Assembly: GCA_022821265.1 (NCBI GenBank)
Contig: JAJEDW010000200.1
Coordinates: 1 to 50,515, forward strand
DNA length: 50,515 nt
Direction: 5' to 3'
Source: Acidobacteriota bacterium
GTDB lineage: Bacteria; Acidobacteriota; Terriglobia; 20CM-2-55-15
Shown here: positions 1 through 7,767 of the stretch, piece by piece
Numbering within the stretch: the stretch's first letter is position 1
Layout of the letters: each line of letters begins with the position of its first letter
The notes under the pieces: generated by a model
The model's database searches: none
What the model was told of the DNA's origin: nothing
The model's input: the letters and a program-made list of their open reading frames with translations, nothing else
Program-made: the position numbers and the translations under genes

Positions 1-969
1 AACCCCCACGTGCACATCTTCCTCGAGGTCGGCAGCGGCCCGGAGACCGTGGCCTGGGCGGTGGAGTTGGAAAGCCGGATCGATTTGGGGCGCAGCGGTT
101 GGACCGGCGACGAGCTGGCCGTCGGCGACGTCATCCGCGTCGACGGCCCCTCGGCCCGCAACGAGACGCCGCAGGTGTGGGGCGAATCCGTCGTGCGCGC
201 CGAAGACGGAGCGCGGCTCTACACGCTGACCGAGGCGGCCGCGATCCCACCCATCGCCGAGGCGCGTCCGACGCCGCGATGGCCGGACGGAACGCCCCGT
301 CTGGGGCCGGAGCCGGGTGAACGGGGTTACTGGGGCCGGCCCGGCCTCACGTCGTTGATGGAAACCGGCGTCGAGGCCGACGTCGACGCCGACGGTCTCC
401 TTGCCGACATCGCCGACGTCGCTCGCGTCGCGCCGTTCCGCCAATGGGCCCGCGACCTGTACGCCGTCCGGCAGCGTGACGGCCTGAAGGACGATCCCCT
501 GTTCCTCTACTGCAAGCCGCCGGGCGGGCCGCGGCAGTTCCAGTTGCCCCAGGGCGTGCAGTTCGTTCAGGAACCGTACCGCGAGCGCATCTGGGTGATG
601 ATCGGAGGCGGCAACCACAACTGGCGCTTCATCCACCTGGACGGGCGCGACCCGATGGATCCGGCGCAGCCGGACTTCGGCCATCCGCTCTACTACGGCC
701 GGGCCGTCGCCGAGTGGGAGGGGGACACGCTGGTCGTCGAGACCATCGATTTCAACGAGGATTTCTGGTTCTCCAACGGCGGGCTGCCGCACACCGAACA
801 GTTGCGGCTGATGGAACGGATCACGCGGCCGGACCACGACACGCTCGAGTACGAGGTGACGATCGACGATCCGGGCGCCTACACCCGGCCGTGGACGGCC
901 GCCTGGACGCTGGAGTGGATTCCGGGAGACGAACTCCCGCGCTACTTCTGCCAGGACAACCGCCCCTAG
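1..969 (+). CDS. Secreted two-domain protein, 5'-truncated by the window edge: small NPH-motif (DUF6152-like) domain fused to a WEGDTLVV-motif domain (paralog A)
   Basis: The frame is open from nt 1. NPHVHIFLEV matches the NPH motif of 1200..1601, 21487..21879 and the N-terminus of 5587..6615. The C-terminal ~200 aa align with 1608..2477, 5587..6615, 19685..20686 and 20653..21474 (CKPPGG, AEWEGDTLVVET, DDPGAYT, FCQDN). Stop is TAG at 967..969. Confidence 0.8.
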   Translation, partial: NPHVHIFLEVGSGPETVAWAVELESRIDLGRSGWTGDELAVGDVIRVDGPSARNETPQVWGESVVRAEDGARLYTLTEAAAIPPIAEARPTPRWPDGTPRLGPEPGERGYWGRPGLTSLMETGVEADVDADGLLADIADVARVAPFRQWARDLYAVRQRDGLKDDPLFLYCKPPGGPRQFQLPQGVQFVQEPYRERIWVMIGGGNHNWRFIHLDGRDPMDPAQPDFGHPLYYGRAVAEWEGDTLVVETIDFNEDFWFSNGGLPHTEQLRLMERITRPDHDTLEYEVTIDDPGAYTRPWTAAWTLEWIPGDELPRYFCQDNRP

Positions 970-1129
970 GAGCCTGTGGTGAAACCCCTGCTGCATTCGA
1001 CCGGCGTGGCATCCCGTCCGGACTGCGTTGCTCGTCGGTCACATATCGGGAATATGCTCCCTCCTCGCGCCTTGCCGGACGGGCGCCTCACCGGTCTCGA
1101 TGCGACGCGGGGTTTCACCACAGGCTCCT
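968..1129. repeat. MITE-like palindromic element: perfect 21-nt terminal inverted repeats AGGAGCCTGTGGTGAAACCCC, with imperfect arms extending to ~54 nt
   Basis: 968..988 is the exact reverse complement of 1109..1129. The arms continue imperfectly to about 1021 and 1075 (CCCGTCCGG / CCGGACGGG) around a ~53-nt centre. The right end is followed by TTTT at 1131..1134. Related copies lie at 2476..2502 and 10857..10936. Confidence 0.65.
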
Positions 1130-1137
1130 GTTTTGAA

Positions 1138-1166
1138 TTGACTTGAACGCCGTATTCGCCAACACT
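1138..1166 (+). promoter_or_regulatory. Candidate sigma70-type promoter (TTGACT, 17 nt, AACACT) for 1200..1601
   Basis: TTGACT at 1138..1143, a 17-nt spacer, then AACACT at 1161..1166. It lies in a locally AT-richer intergenic stretch upstream of RBS GGGAGGGAAG. Confidence 0.3.
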
Positions 1167-1199
1167 CGATACCGATTCCGACCGACGGGAGGGAAGCCG

Positions 1200-1601
1200 A
1201 TGGGACTGCGAACCCTGGCGTGTCTGGCCGCCGTCAGCATCGTGGCCGCGTCCGCGCGACCGGCTGCGTCGCACCATGCGTTCGCCACCGAGTTCGACGC
1301 CAACAAGCCGGTGACCGTCACCGGTTACGTTACCCGGATTCAGTGGACGAACCCGCACACGTGGATCTACGTCAACGTCCCCGACGAGGAGGGCAACCTC
1401 GAGAACTGGGGCCTGGAGATGGGCTCTCCGATCGCGCTCTACGCCAACGGATGGAGCCGCGATTCGCTCCAGCTCGGCGAGGAAGTCGAGGTGGAGGGCA
1501 GCCTGGCCCGTGACGGCAGCAACCGCGTGAACGCCCGGACGGTGTTGATCAAGCGGACGGGCGAGCTGTTCGGCGCGGCGTCGAGCCAGCCGGGTCAGTA
1601 G
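1200..1601 (+). CDS. Small secreted protein, DUF6152-like (predicted mature N-terminus HH, plus NPH motif)
   Basis: ATG at 1200 is preceded by GGGAGGGAAG. Signal peptide MGLRTLACLAAVSIVAASARPAAS is followed by HHAFATEFD and WTNPHTWIYVNV. Paralogous to 21487..21879 and to the N-terminal domains of 1..969 and 5587..6615. Confidence 0.8.
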   Translation: MGLRTLACLAAVSIVAASARPAASHHAFATEFDANKPVTVTGYVTRIQWTNPHTWIYVNVPDEEGNLENWGLEMGSPIALYANGWSRDSLQLGEEVEVEGSLARDGSNRVNARTVLIKRTGELFGAASSQPGQ

Positions 1602-1607
1602 AGGCCG

Positions 1608-2477
1608 ATGATGCGCATCCGGCATGTCACGACCGCGGCGGCGGCCGCCCTCGTCCTGGCGTCCGGGGCCGTTCCGCTGCTGGCCCAGGCCGACGAGGAT
1701 CTGCTGAACGATCCCCGGCCCGCGCCGCGCTGGCCCGACGGACGCGTGAACTTCGGAGCCCCTCCCGGAGAGTCGGGCATCTGGCAGCCCTGGGGACGGC
1801 CGCTGCTGGCCGACCCGGTGGGGATCCCGATCACCGTCAACGACCGGCAGGGCCGGGCCGCGTTCTCGGGACCCCCGTTCGCCGGCAAGCCCACCGAGGA
1901 CGACGTGCCGTTCCAGCCCTGGGCGCGCGCGATGTACGCCTACCGGGAGACCAACCTCTACGAGCCGTACATCCGCTGCAAGCCGTCGGGCGGCGCCCGG
2001 CTGTACATCAGCCCCTTCGGCGTCGAGTTCGTCGACCAGCCGGAAACGCAGACGATCCTGCAGTTCGACGGCAACCTGCACACGTGGCGCATCATCTACA
2101 TGGACGGCCGCGAACATCCCGAAGACCTCCAGCCGAGCTACTACGGCCATTCCATCGGCCACTGGGAAGGCGACACGCTGGTCGTCGACACGGTCGGCTT
2201 CAACGAACGTTTCTGGATCGACCGGCAGGGCATCCCGCACACCGATCGGCTTCACCTGATCGAGCGGTTCACGCGCGAGAGCTTCGGAGCGATGAAGTAC
2301 GAGATGACCATCGACGATCCCGGCGCGTACACCGAAACCTGGACGACGGGGTTCTACCTGCGGTGGGAGCCGGAGGAAGTCCTCTACGAGTACATCTGCC
2401 AGGAAAACAACCAGGCGATCGCGCTGGAAATGGATCCTTCGCGCCCGATCGAGCGCGTCTACCAGTTCGTTCCCTAG
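1608..2477 (+). CDS. Secreted WEGDTLVV-motif protein (paralog B), uncharacterised family
   Basis: Signal peptide ends ...LLAQADE. Motifs CKPSGG, GHWEGDTLVVDTVGFN, DDPGAYTETW and EYICQEN are shared with four other ORFs in the window. It starts 6 nt after the stop of 1200..1601. Confidence 0.85.
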   Translation: MMRIRHVTTAAAAALVLASGAVPLLAQADEDLLNDPRPAPRWPDGRVNFGAPPGESGIWQPWGRPLLADPVGIPITVNDRQGRAAFSGPPFAGKPTEDDVPFQPWARAMYAYRETNLYEPYIRCKPSGGARLYISPFGVEFVDQPETQTILQFDGNLHTWRIIYMDGREHPEDLQPSYYGHSIGHWEGDTLVVDTVGFNERFWIDRQGIPHTDRLHLIERFTRESFGAMKYEMTIDDPGAYTETWTTGFYLRWEPEEVLYEYICQENNQAIALEMDPSRPIERVYQFVP

Positions 2478-2502
2478 GAGCCTGTGGTGAAGCCCCGCGT
2501 CC
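2476..2502. repeat. Solo arm of the MITE-like repeat, supplying the RBS and GTG start of 2484..2879
   Basis: AGGAGCCTGTGGTGAAGCCCCGCGTC matches 968..988 and the reverse complement of the right arm (..GAAACCCCGCGTC..) with one mismatch. The 25-nt junction CCCTAGGAGCCTGTGGTGAARCCCC follows the stops of both paralog A and paralog B. Confidence 0.6.
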
Positions 2503-2879
2503 CGGCCCTTGCGGCCCTCCTGCTCACGTGCCCAGTGATCGCCGCGACCATGGCGGCGCAGGAAGGCCACCCGTTGACCGGCACGTGGTACGGCGAATGG
2601 GGACCCGAGGACGACCGGCGCCAAGTGACGCTGGTCATGTCCTTCGACGGCGCCGACGTGACCGGGATCATGGATCCCGGCCCCACGGCCGCGTCGGTCC
2701 GGGCACGGCTGGATTCCACGGAATGGACCGTGCGCATCGAGGCGGAGAGACGGGACGGAACGGCGGCCTACGTGGCCGAGGGCGTCGTCACCGACGTGGG
2801 CTCCCGCAACCGCACGATTTCCGGCACGTGGCAGGCCGGCGACGCCGTGTCGAGCTTCAGCATCCGGCGGGAGGATTGA
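2484..2879 (+). CDS. Small secreted hypothetical protein
   Basis: GTG start is preceded by AGGAG. N-terminal hydrophobic signal (PALAALLLTCPVIAATMAAQ) and ordinary amino-acid composition. No family recognised. Confidence 0.6.
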   Translation: MVKPRVPALAALLLTCPVIAATMAAQEGHPLTGTWYGEWGPEDDRRQVTLVMSFDGADVTGIMDPGPTAASVRARLDSTEWTVRIEAERRDGTAAYVAEGVVTDVGSRNRTISGTWQAGDAVSSFSIRRED

Positions 2880-2881
2880 AA

Positions 2882-2898
2882 CGCGCCCTCAGGGCGTG
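2882..2898. terminator. Hairpin between convergent genes (CGCGCCC-TCA-GGGCGTG); possible terminator for the minus-strand DUF305 gene
   Basis: 7-bp stem including one G-U pair. The loop is the DUF305 stop codon. On the minus strand the stem is followed by UUUCAAU. Confidence 0.35.
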
Positions 2899-3506
2899 TC
2901 GGCGAGCCCCCATTCCCGGAGCCATTGGCGCATTCGCGTGATCTCGGCGCGCTGCTCGACGAGGATCTCCTCGACCAGGACGGCCAGCCCGTAGGGACGG
3001 CGGCCACTGGCCAACTGCTGCCGCTGTTGCGCCTGGGACATGTCGATGGCGCCCTGGTGGTGGTCGATCATTCCCTCCAGCCACAGCCGCTCGAACTCCG
3101 CGCCGTCGGCCGCCTCCAATGCCGCCATCCGGGCGCTGGACAGCATGCCGGCCATGGGCGGATCCCCGTCGAGCGCGTGGTCGGGCATCGCCAGCCCGCG
3201 CGCCCGGGCCAGCGCCATCAGCGACTGCATCTCGGCGATCTCGGCCGCCTGCGCCCTCAGGACGTAACCGGCGAAGCGCGTGAATTCCGCCCGGTCCGTC
3301 CGCTCCGGCACCATCCGGGACATGACCAGGGCCTGCTCGTGGTGGACCGTCATGTGGTGAAGGAACATCAGGTCCTGTTCGTTGAACAGCGGCGCCGCGG
3401 CGGGCGCATCGGTCTGAATGGGCGCGGCCGGCCCGGCCGCCAGCGTCGAGGCGGCCGTCAGGGCCGCGAGCGCCGGAACGATCATCGGATTCGAAGCGAG
3501 TCGCAT
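2889..3506 (-). CDS. DUF305 family (ferritin-like, metal/copper-associated) secreted protein
   Basis: Signal peptide, then two repeats of the DUF305 signature (DLMFLHHMTVHHEQALVMS and ERLWLEGMIDHHQGAIDMS). Confidence 0.8.
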   Translation of the reverse strand: MRLASNPMIVPALAALTAASTLAAGPAAPIQTDAPAAAPLFNEQDLMFLHHMTVHHEQALVMSRMVPERTDRAEFTRFAGYVLRAQAAEIAEMQSLMALARARGLAMPDHALDGDPPMAGMLSSARMAALEAADGAEFERLWLEGMIDHHQGAIDMSQAQQRQQLASGRRPYGLAVLVEEILVEQRAEITRMRQWLREWGLADTP

Positions 3507-3537
3507 GGCGTGATTCCCGTGGCGGCCGGCGGCCGGA

Positions 3538-5472
3538 TCAATGGGGGCTCGTGCGGTTCGACGAATGGATGCCGTCGCCGAGCAGCTCGTCCGCGCGCGG
3601 GCCGGTGTAGCGCAACACGTGCAGCCCGGTGTGGTTGTCTCCCACGTAGATCAGGCCGTTGTGGAGGTCGGGGTAGGACATGACGTCCCCCCACGGCACC
3701 GGGCGCGCATGGCCGACTTCCCTCGGGTTGAAGGGATTCGAGATGTCGATCGCGCGGACTCCCTGCCCGAGCCAGTTGACGAAGACCAGGTTCTCCAGCA
3801 CGGTCGGGTTGTGCGCGTGCATCATCGGACGGATCGCCGCGCCGGGCGGCACCGGCTGCGCCAGGCAGTTCTCGACCATGCTGTCCGACATCGCGTGGGC
3901 GCCGATCATCATGGGAGCGATTTCGGACTCGACGTTGATGATCCGCAGGCTCCGCTCCGGGCACGGACCGAAAGGCCATTCCTCGGTAATGACGACGTAG
4001 GCCGGCCGGCCATCCGCGTTCGCGCCGGACAGCGAGGGCCGGTTCGGAACCGGGACGGCGCTGTGGACGCTGACGGACGCGACGAACGGCGGCGCGAAGT
4101 CGAACCGGGACCGCTCCTCGAGCCGCGTGTACCGGACCAGCTTCCGGACGTCGGACATGTCCGAGGCGAGCATGGCCAGCAACCCGGGGTCGGAGTTGAG
4201 AACCGGATGCACGCAATCGTTCGCCGCCTCGGGGAGCCGCGCCACGTCGACCACGCCGCCCACCTCGCCGTCGACCCACACGTTGGTCGAGTGCGTATTG
4301 CAGACGCCGCCTCCCGCGAGGTCCGCGTTCGTGTTGTTCGCGACGAAGGCGGTGTTCAGGATGTACATCCCGGCCGTGCCGCCCGCCGCGTAGAACCGCT
4401 CGCCGTCGTCCGACATCGCACCGGAATGCAGGTCGTTGCCCTGGGACGGTTGCGAAGCGCCCGGGCGGCCCCATTGATCGGTCAGGTGGCTGTAGTCGGG
4501 AAACCGCCCGTCCGAGAACAGGCCGGTCGCGTCGGGCGCCTCGTCGCGCACGGGGCCGCCGACCTCTTCCAGCGTGAACGACGCCAGCAACAGCGGCTCC
4601 TCGAGCACCGCGCCGGTCGACTCATCCGTGACGGCCGTGAACACAAGGTCCTCTTCCTGCGAGCCGTACGTCTGGGAAATGACGACGAAGCGGTTGGGAT
4701 TGTCCGGATCGTGCCATAGATAGAACTCGTGCGCGAGGACGCCGGCCGCCGTCGCGCCCTCGTCGACCGGAAGACACGTCTCGGGATCCAGCGTGTACAC
4801 GATGACGTCGCCGCCGGTGCCCGTGGCCGCGGAGCGCACCATGAGCATGCGTTCGTCGCCGCCGGTCGTCGTGTAGCCGTAGGGACGGAGCTCCCGGTCG
4901 CGCACGGCGGTGTCGCGCGTGACGGTCATCAACTGGGGCATCGTGCCGACTTCGACGGGCGGTTCGTTCTCCGGATCGTCCTGGATCCGGAAGATCCGGA
5001 CGTCGCGGGTGACGCCGGGACCGGTCGTGTTCGTCGAGTTGCTCCGCCCCCAATAGAGGCACTGGCCCGCGATGCCGAGGCCGGTCGAACCCCACCCGGT
5101 CGGGAACCCGTCCAGGTCGCCGCCCGACCACTCGCCGGTCTCCGGATCCAGCTCGGACGGCGCCGTCGGCAGCCAGTGCAGCCACTCGAAGTTGGCGAAC
5201 AGCCCGAGCCGCTCGGCCGCCACGAACGCCCCGGCGTGCGCGTCCTCCGGCGAGGAGGTCGGATCCAGGTTCCCGGACGCGTCCAGGCGGCCGCCCGGCA
5301 ACTCCGCGAAGGGAATATCGAACGTGTCGAAGGTGACCGGAACACAGCGGACCGGACCTTCGAGTTCGGGGTCCTCGCACAGTTCGGGAGCGCCCCCCGT
5401 GTCCTGACCGGGCGCGGCCACGGCCGCGCCGGCCAACAGTGAGAGCGCCAGAATCATCCCTTGCAATCGCAT
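3538..5472 (-). CDS. Secreted beta-propeller protein, LVIVD-repeat-like
   Basis: Start trimmed to ATG 5472..5470, preceded by GGAGG, with signal peptide MRLQGMILALSLLAGAAVAAP. C-terminal segments such as GVRAIDISNPFNPREVG and LIYVGDNHTGLHVLRY resemble LVIVD repeats. The upstream part of the 996-aa ORF is antisense to 5587..6615. Confidence 0.65.
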   Translation of the reverse strand: MRLQGMILALSLLAGAAVAAPGQDTGGAPELCEDPELEGPVRCVPVTFDTFDIPFAELPGGRLDASGNLDPTSSPEDAHAGAFVAAERLGLFANFEWLHWLPTAPSELDPETGEWSGGDLDGFPTGWGSTGLGIAGQCLYWGRSNSTNTTGPGVTRDVRIFRIQDDPENEPPVEVGTMPQLMTVTRDTAVRDRELRPYGYTTTGGDERMLMVRSAATGTGGDVIVYTLDPETCLPVDEGATAAGVLAHEFYLWHDPDNPNRFVVISQTYGSQEEDLVFTAVTDESTGAVLEEPLLLASFTLEEVGGPVRDEAPDATGLFSDGRFPDYSHLTDQWGRPGASQPSQGNDLHSGAMSDDGERFYAAGGTAGMYILNTAFVANNTNADLAGGGVCNTHSTNVWVDGEVGGVVDVARLPEAANDCVHPVLNSDPGLLAMLASDMSDVRKLVRYTRLEERSRFDFAPPFVASVSVHSAVPVPNRPSLSGANADGRPAYVVITEEWPFGPCPERSLRIINVESEIAPMMIGAHAMSDSMVENCLAQPVPPGAAIRPMMHAHNPTVLENLVFVNWLGQGVRAIDISNPFNPREVGHARPVPWGDVMSYPDLHNGLIYVGDNHTGLHVLRYTGPRADELLGDGIHSSNRTSPH

Positions 5473-5586
5473 GGTCCAACCTCCTCGTCCGACCTTGATC
5501 ATACGCCCGGCCGTCAATCGACGCGTCGACCATCGTATCGTTGACGTCCCGGTCAAGCTGTAGTCTGATGGGCCGTGAGGTCCGGA

Positions 5587-6615
5587 ATGAAACACGCAAT
5601 CACGCTGGCGGGAATCCTCGCCGTCACGGCGCCGGCCGCCGGCCACCACAGCGACGCCGCGCTGGACATGAACGCGGTCGTGACCTTCGAGGGAACCGTC
5701 ACCGAGTATACGATGCGCAATCCCCACGCCTATTTCACGGTGGAAACCGTGAATGCGGCGGGAGAACGCGTCGAATGGACGGTGCAGATGGCCTCGGCGC
5801 TGACGATCGGGCGCCGGGGCTGGGCGCGCGATTCGCTGTCGTTCGGTGACCGCGTGAGCGTGGGGGTCCGGCCGGCGCGTGACGGACGGCCGTACGGATT
5901 GCTGGTGTCGGTCGAACGCGACGGACGGCCCGTGGTCGCGCCGCCCGGCGCCGGCCGGGGCGCCGGCCAGACGGCGCCCGCCGCACCGACGCTGGAAGGC
6001 ATCTGGATCGTCGATCGGGCGAGCCTGGGTCCGGATTATCCCGGTGGACTGGATCAACTGATGATCCGCGAACTGCGCTTGACCGAGCGGGGCCGGATCG
6101 CCGAAGCCGAGTACAGCCAGAACGACCCGGACAATCCCGAGCTGGCGTGCATGACGAAGCCGACGCCGGGAGGGATCATCTACACGGACCTCTACCCGAT
6201 GCAGATCGAGTTCGTCGAGGACGAGGACATCGTCATGATCCGCAGCCAGTACTTCGACCAGGAGCGCACGGTGTACATGGACGGACGCGGGCATCCCGAC
6301 GCCGACCAGCGGACGCACGAAGGACACTCGACCGGCCGTTGGGAAGGCGACGTGCTCGTCGTCGACACCGCGAACTTCGCGGACAACCGCTCGCCCTATC
6401 AGAACGGCATTCCGTCGGGCGCCCGGAAGCACGTCGTCGAACGCTACCGGTTGCACGAGGACGGCCGGCGCCTGACGGTCACCTTCACCCTGGAAGATCC
6501 GGATTACATCGCCGAACCGATGACGCACACGCGGGACCTGCTGTATGCGCCGAACCGGGACATGACGCCTTTCGACTGCGACCCCGAGGCGACCCGGCGC
6601 TATCTTCCGCGGTGA
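5587..6615 (+). CDS. Secreted fusion protein: DUF6152-like domain plus WEGDVLVV-motif domain (paralog C)
   Basis: Signal peptide MKHAITLAGILAVTAPAAG is followed by HHSDAAL and MRNPHAYFTVE (small domain). Then come ACMTKPTPGG, GRWEGDVLVVDTANF, LEDPDY and FDCDPE (large domain). Confidence 0.8.
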   Translation: MKHAITLAGILAVTAPAAGHHSDAALDMNAVVTFEGTVTEYTMRNPHAYFTVETVNAAGERVEWTVQMASALTIGRRGWARDSLSFGDRVSVGVRPARDGRPYGLLVSVERDGRPVVAPPGAGRGAGQTAPAAPTLEGIWIVDRASLGPDYPGGLDQLMIRELRLTERGRIAEAEYSQNDPDNPELACMTKPTPGGIIYTDLYPMQIEFVEDEDIVMIRSQYFDQERTVYMDGRGHPDADQRTHEGHSTGRWEGDVLVVDTANFADNRSPYQNGIPSGARKHVVERYRLHEDGRRLTVTFTLEDPDYIAEPMTHTRDLLYAPNRDMTPFDCDPEATRRYLPR

Positions 6616-6628
6616 GGCCGCGGCCGGC

Positions 6629-7009
6629 CTATTCCGATTCCAGAACGACGACGGCCGCCGAAACGCGCCGGTCGTGGGTCAGTGAGACGTGGAACCGGCC
6701 CGCGCCCAGCTCGAGCGCCCGTTCGAGCGCGCCGCCGTGGAGAACGAGCCGGGGTTGTCCCGACCCCAGACGTTCGACCTCGACGTCCTTCCAGCGGACG
6801 CCGCGGGCCCAACCGGTCCCCAGGGCCTTGAACGCGGCTTCCTTTGCCGCGAATCTTGCGGCAAAGTGAATGGGAGGATGCGCGGCGCCCTCGCAGTAGC
6901 CGGCTTCGCCGGGCGTGAAGATGCGCGAGACGAACCGGCGGGGAAAGCGTTCCAGCGAGCGCGCGATCCGCTCGTTCTCGATCACGTCGATGCCGATTCC
7001 GATGACCAC
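6629..7009 (-). CDS. acpS: Holo-[acyl-carrier-protein] synthase
   Basis: MVIGIGIDVIENERI start, FTPGE, and FAAKEAAFKALG are typical of AcpS; length is 126 aa. Confidence 0.9.
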   Translation of the reverse strand: MVIGIGIDVIENERIARSLERFPRRFVSRIFTPGEAGYCEGAAHPPIHFAARFAAKEAAFKALGTGWARGVRWKDVEVERLGSGQPRLVLHGGALERALELGAGRFHVSLTHDRRVSAAVVVLESE

Positions 7010-7056
7010 CCGCGGCTCCGCTCCGTTTGCCGGATGACGCCCCTCAGGAAGCAGCC

Positions 7057-7767
7057 ATGTTACACACGCGCACGCAATCCGACATCACGTTTCTGGCGGC
7101 GCCGGTCCTGGAGGCCGTTCCGCGCGTCGTGCACGCGTTCTCGACGCGGCGCCCGAGCCCGGACGACGGCTTCGCGGCCGTCGCGGGCATGGAGGGATGG
7201 CCGACGTTCCCACTCCGGCAAATCCACTCCGACCGCGTTCACTGGGTGGCCGGGGAGCGGCTCCCGGACACGGCCCCGGACGGAGACGCCGCGGCGACCG
7301 CGCTTCCAGGCGTGGCCCTCTCGGTGAGGACCGCCGACTGCGCGCCCGTGCTGATCGCCGATCGACGAGGGAGGGTCGTGGCCGCCGCCCACGCCGGCTG
7401 GCGCGGCGCCGCGGCCGGCGTGGTTCGACGGACCGTCGAGCAAGTGGTTTCCGAAGGCGGCGTGGAGGCCCGCGACCTCGCGGCGGCCATCGGGCCGCAT
7501 ATCGGCGTCTGCTGCATGGAGGTCGGCGACGACGTGGCCGATCGCTTCGCGCAGCCCGGAATCGTCCTCCGGCGGCCCGATTGGCCCAAGCCCCATCTGG
7601 ACCTCGGCGCGGCCAATCGCGCCCAGCTCGCCGACGCCGGCGTACCGCCGGAACGCGTCGAAGTCTCGACGCTGTGCACCCGATGCCGTCCCGACCTGTT
7701 TCATTCCTACCGCCGTGACGGCGAGAAGGCGGGCCGCATGCTGTCCCTCATCGGACTGGCGCCGTGA
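7057..7767 (+). CDS. pgeF: YfiH/PgeF family laccase-domain protein (purine nucleoside phosphorylase-like)
   Basis: Motifs HAFSTRR, TADCAPVLIAD, AHAGWRG and CTRC..LFHSYRRDG. ATG at 7057 is preceded by AGGAAG; an alternative TTG start is at 7027. Confidence 0.85.
   Translation: MLHTRTQSDITFLAAPVLEAVPRVVHAFSTRRPSPDDGFAAVAGMEGWPTFPLRQIHSDRVHWVAGERLPDTAPDGDAAATALPGVALSVRTADCAPVLIADRRGRVVAAAHAGWRGAAAGVVRRTVEQVVSEGGVEARDLAAAIGPHIGVCCMEVGDDVADRFAQPGIVLRRPDWPKPHLDLGAANRAQLADAGVPPERVEVSTLCTRCRPDLFHSYRRDGEKAGRMLSLIGLAP

Noticed and set aside
966-2624. 552-aa minus-strand ORF spanning the 1200..1601 and 1608..2477 genes
   Set aside because: Arg/Gly/Pro-rich low-complexity composition. It is antisense to two ORFs that have signal peptides and paralog support. 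This is a typical shadow ORF of a GC-rich genome.
5518-5529. Perfect 12-bp palindrome TCGACGCGTCGA in the divergent intergenic region, considered as an operator
   Set aside because: Six-bp half-site palindromes are expected several times by chance in 50 kb of GC-rich DNA. There is no second copy or associated regulator gene.
5473-6528. N-terminal 350 aa of the 996-aa minus-strand ORF 3538..6528
   Set aside because: This part is antisense to the well-supported 5587..6615 gene. An internal ATG at 5472 with a GGAGG RBS and a signal peptide gives a coherent 644-aa secreted protein.
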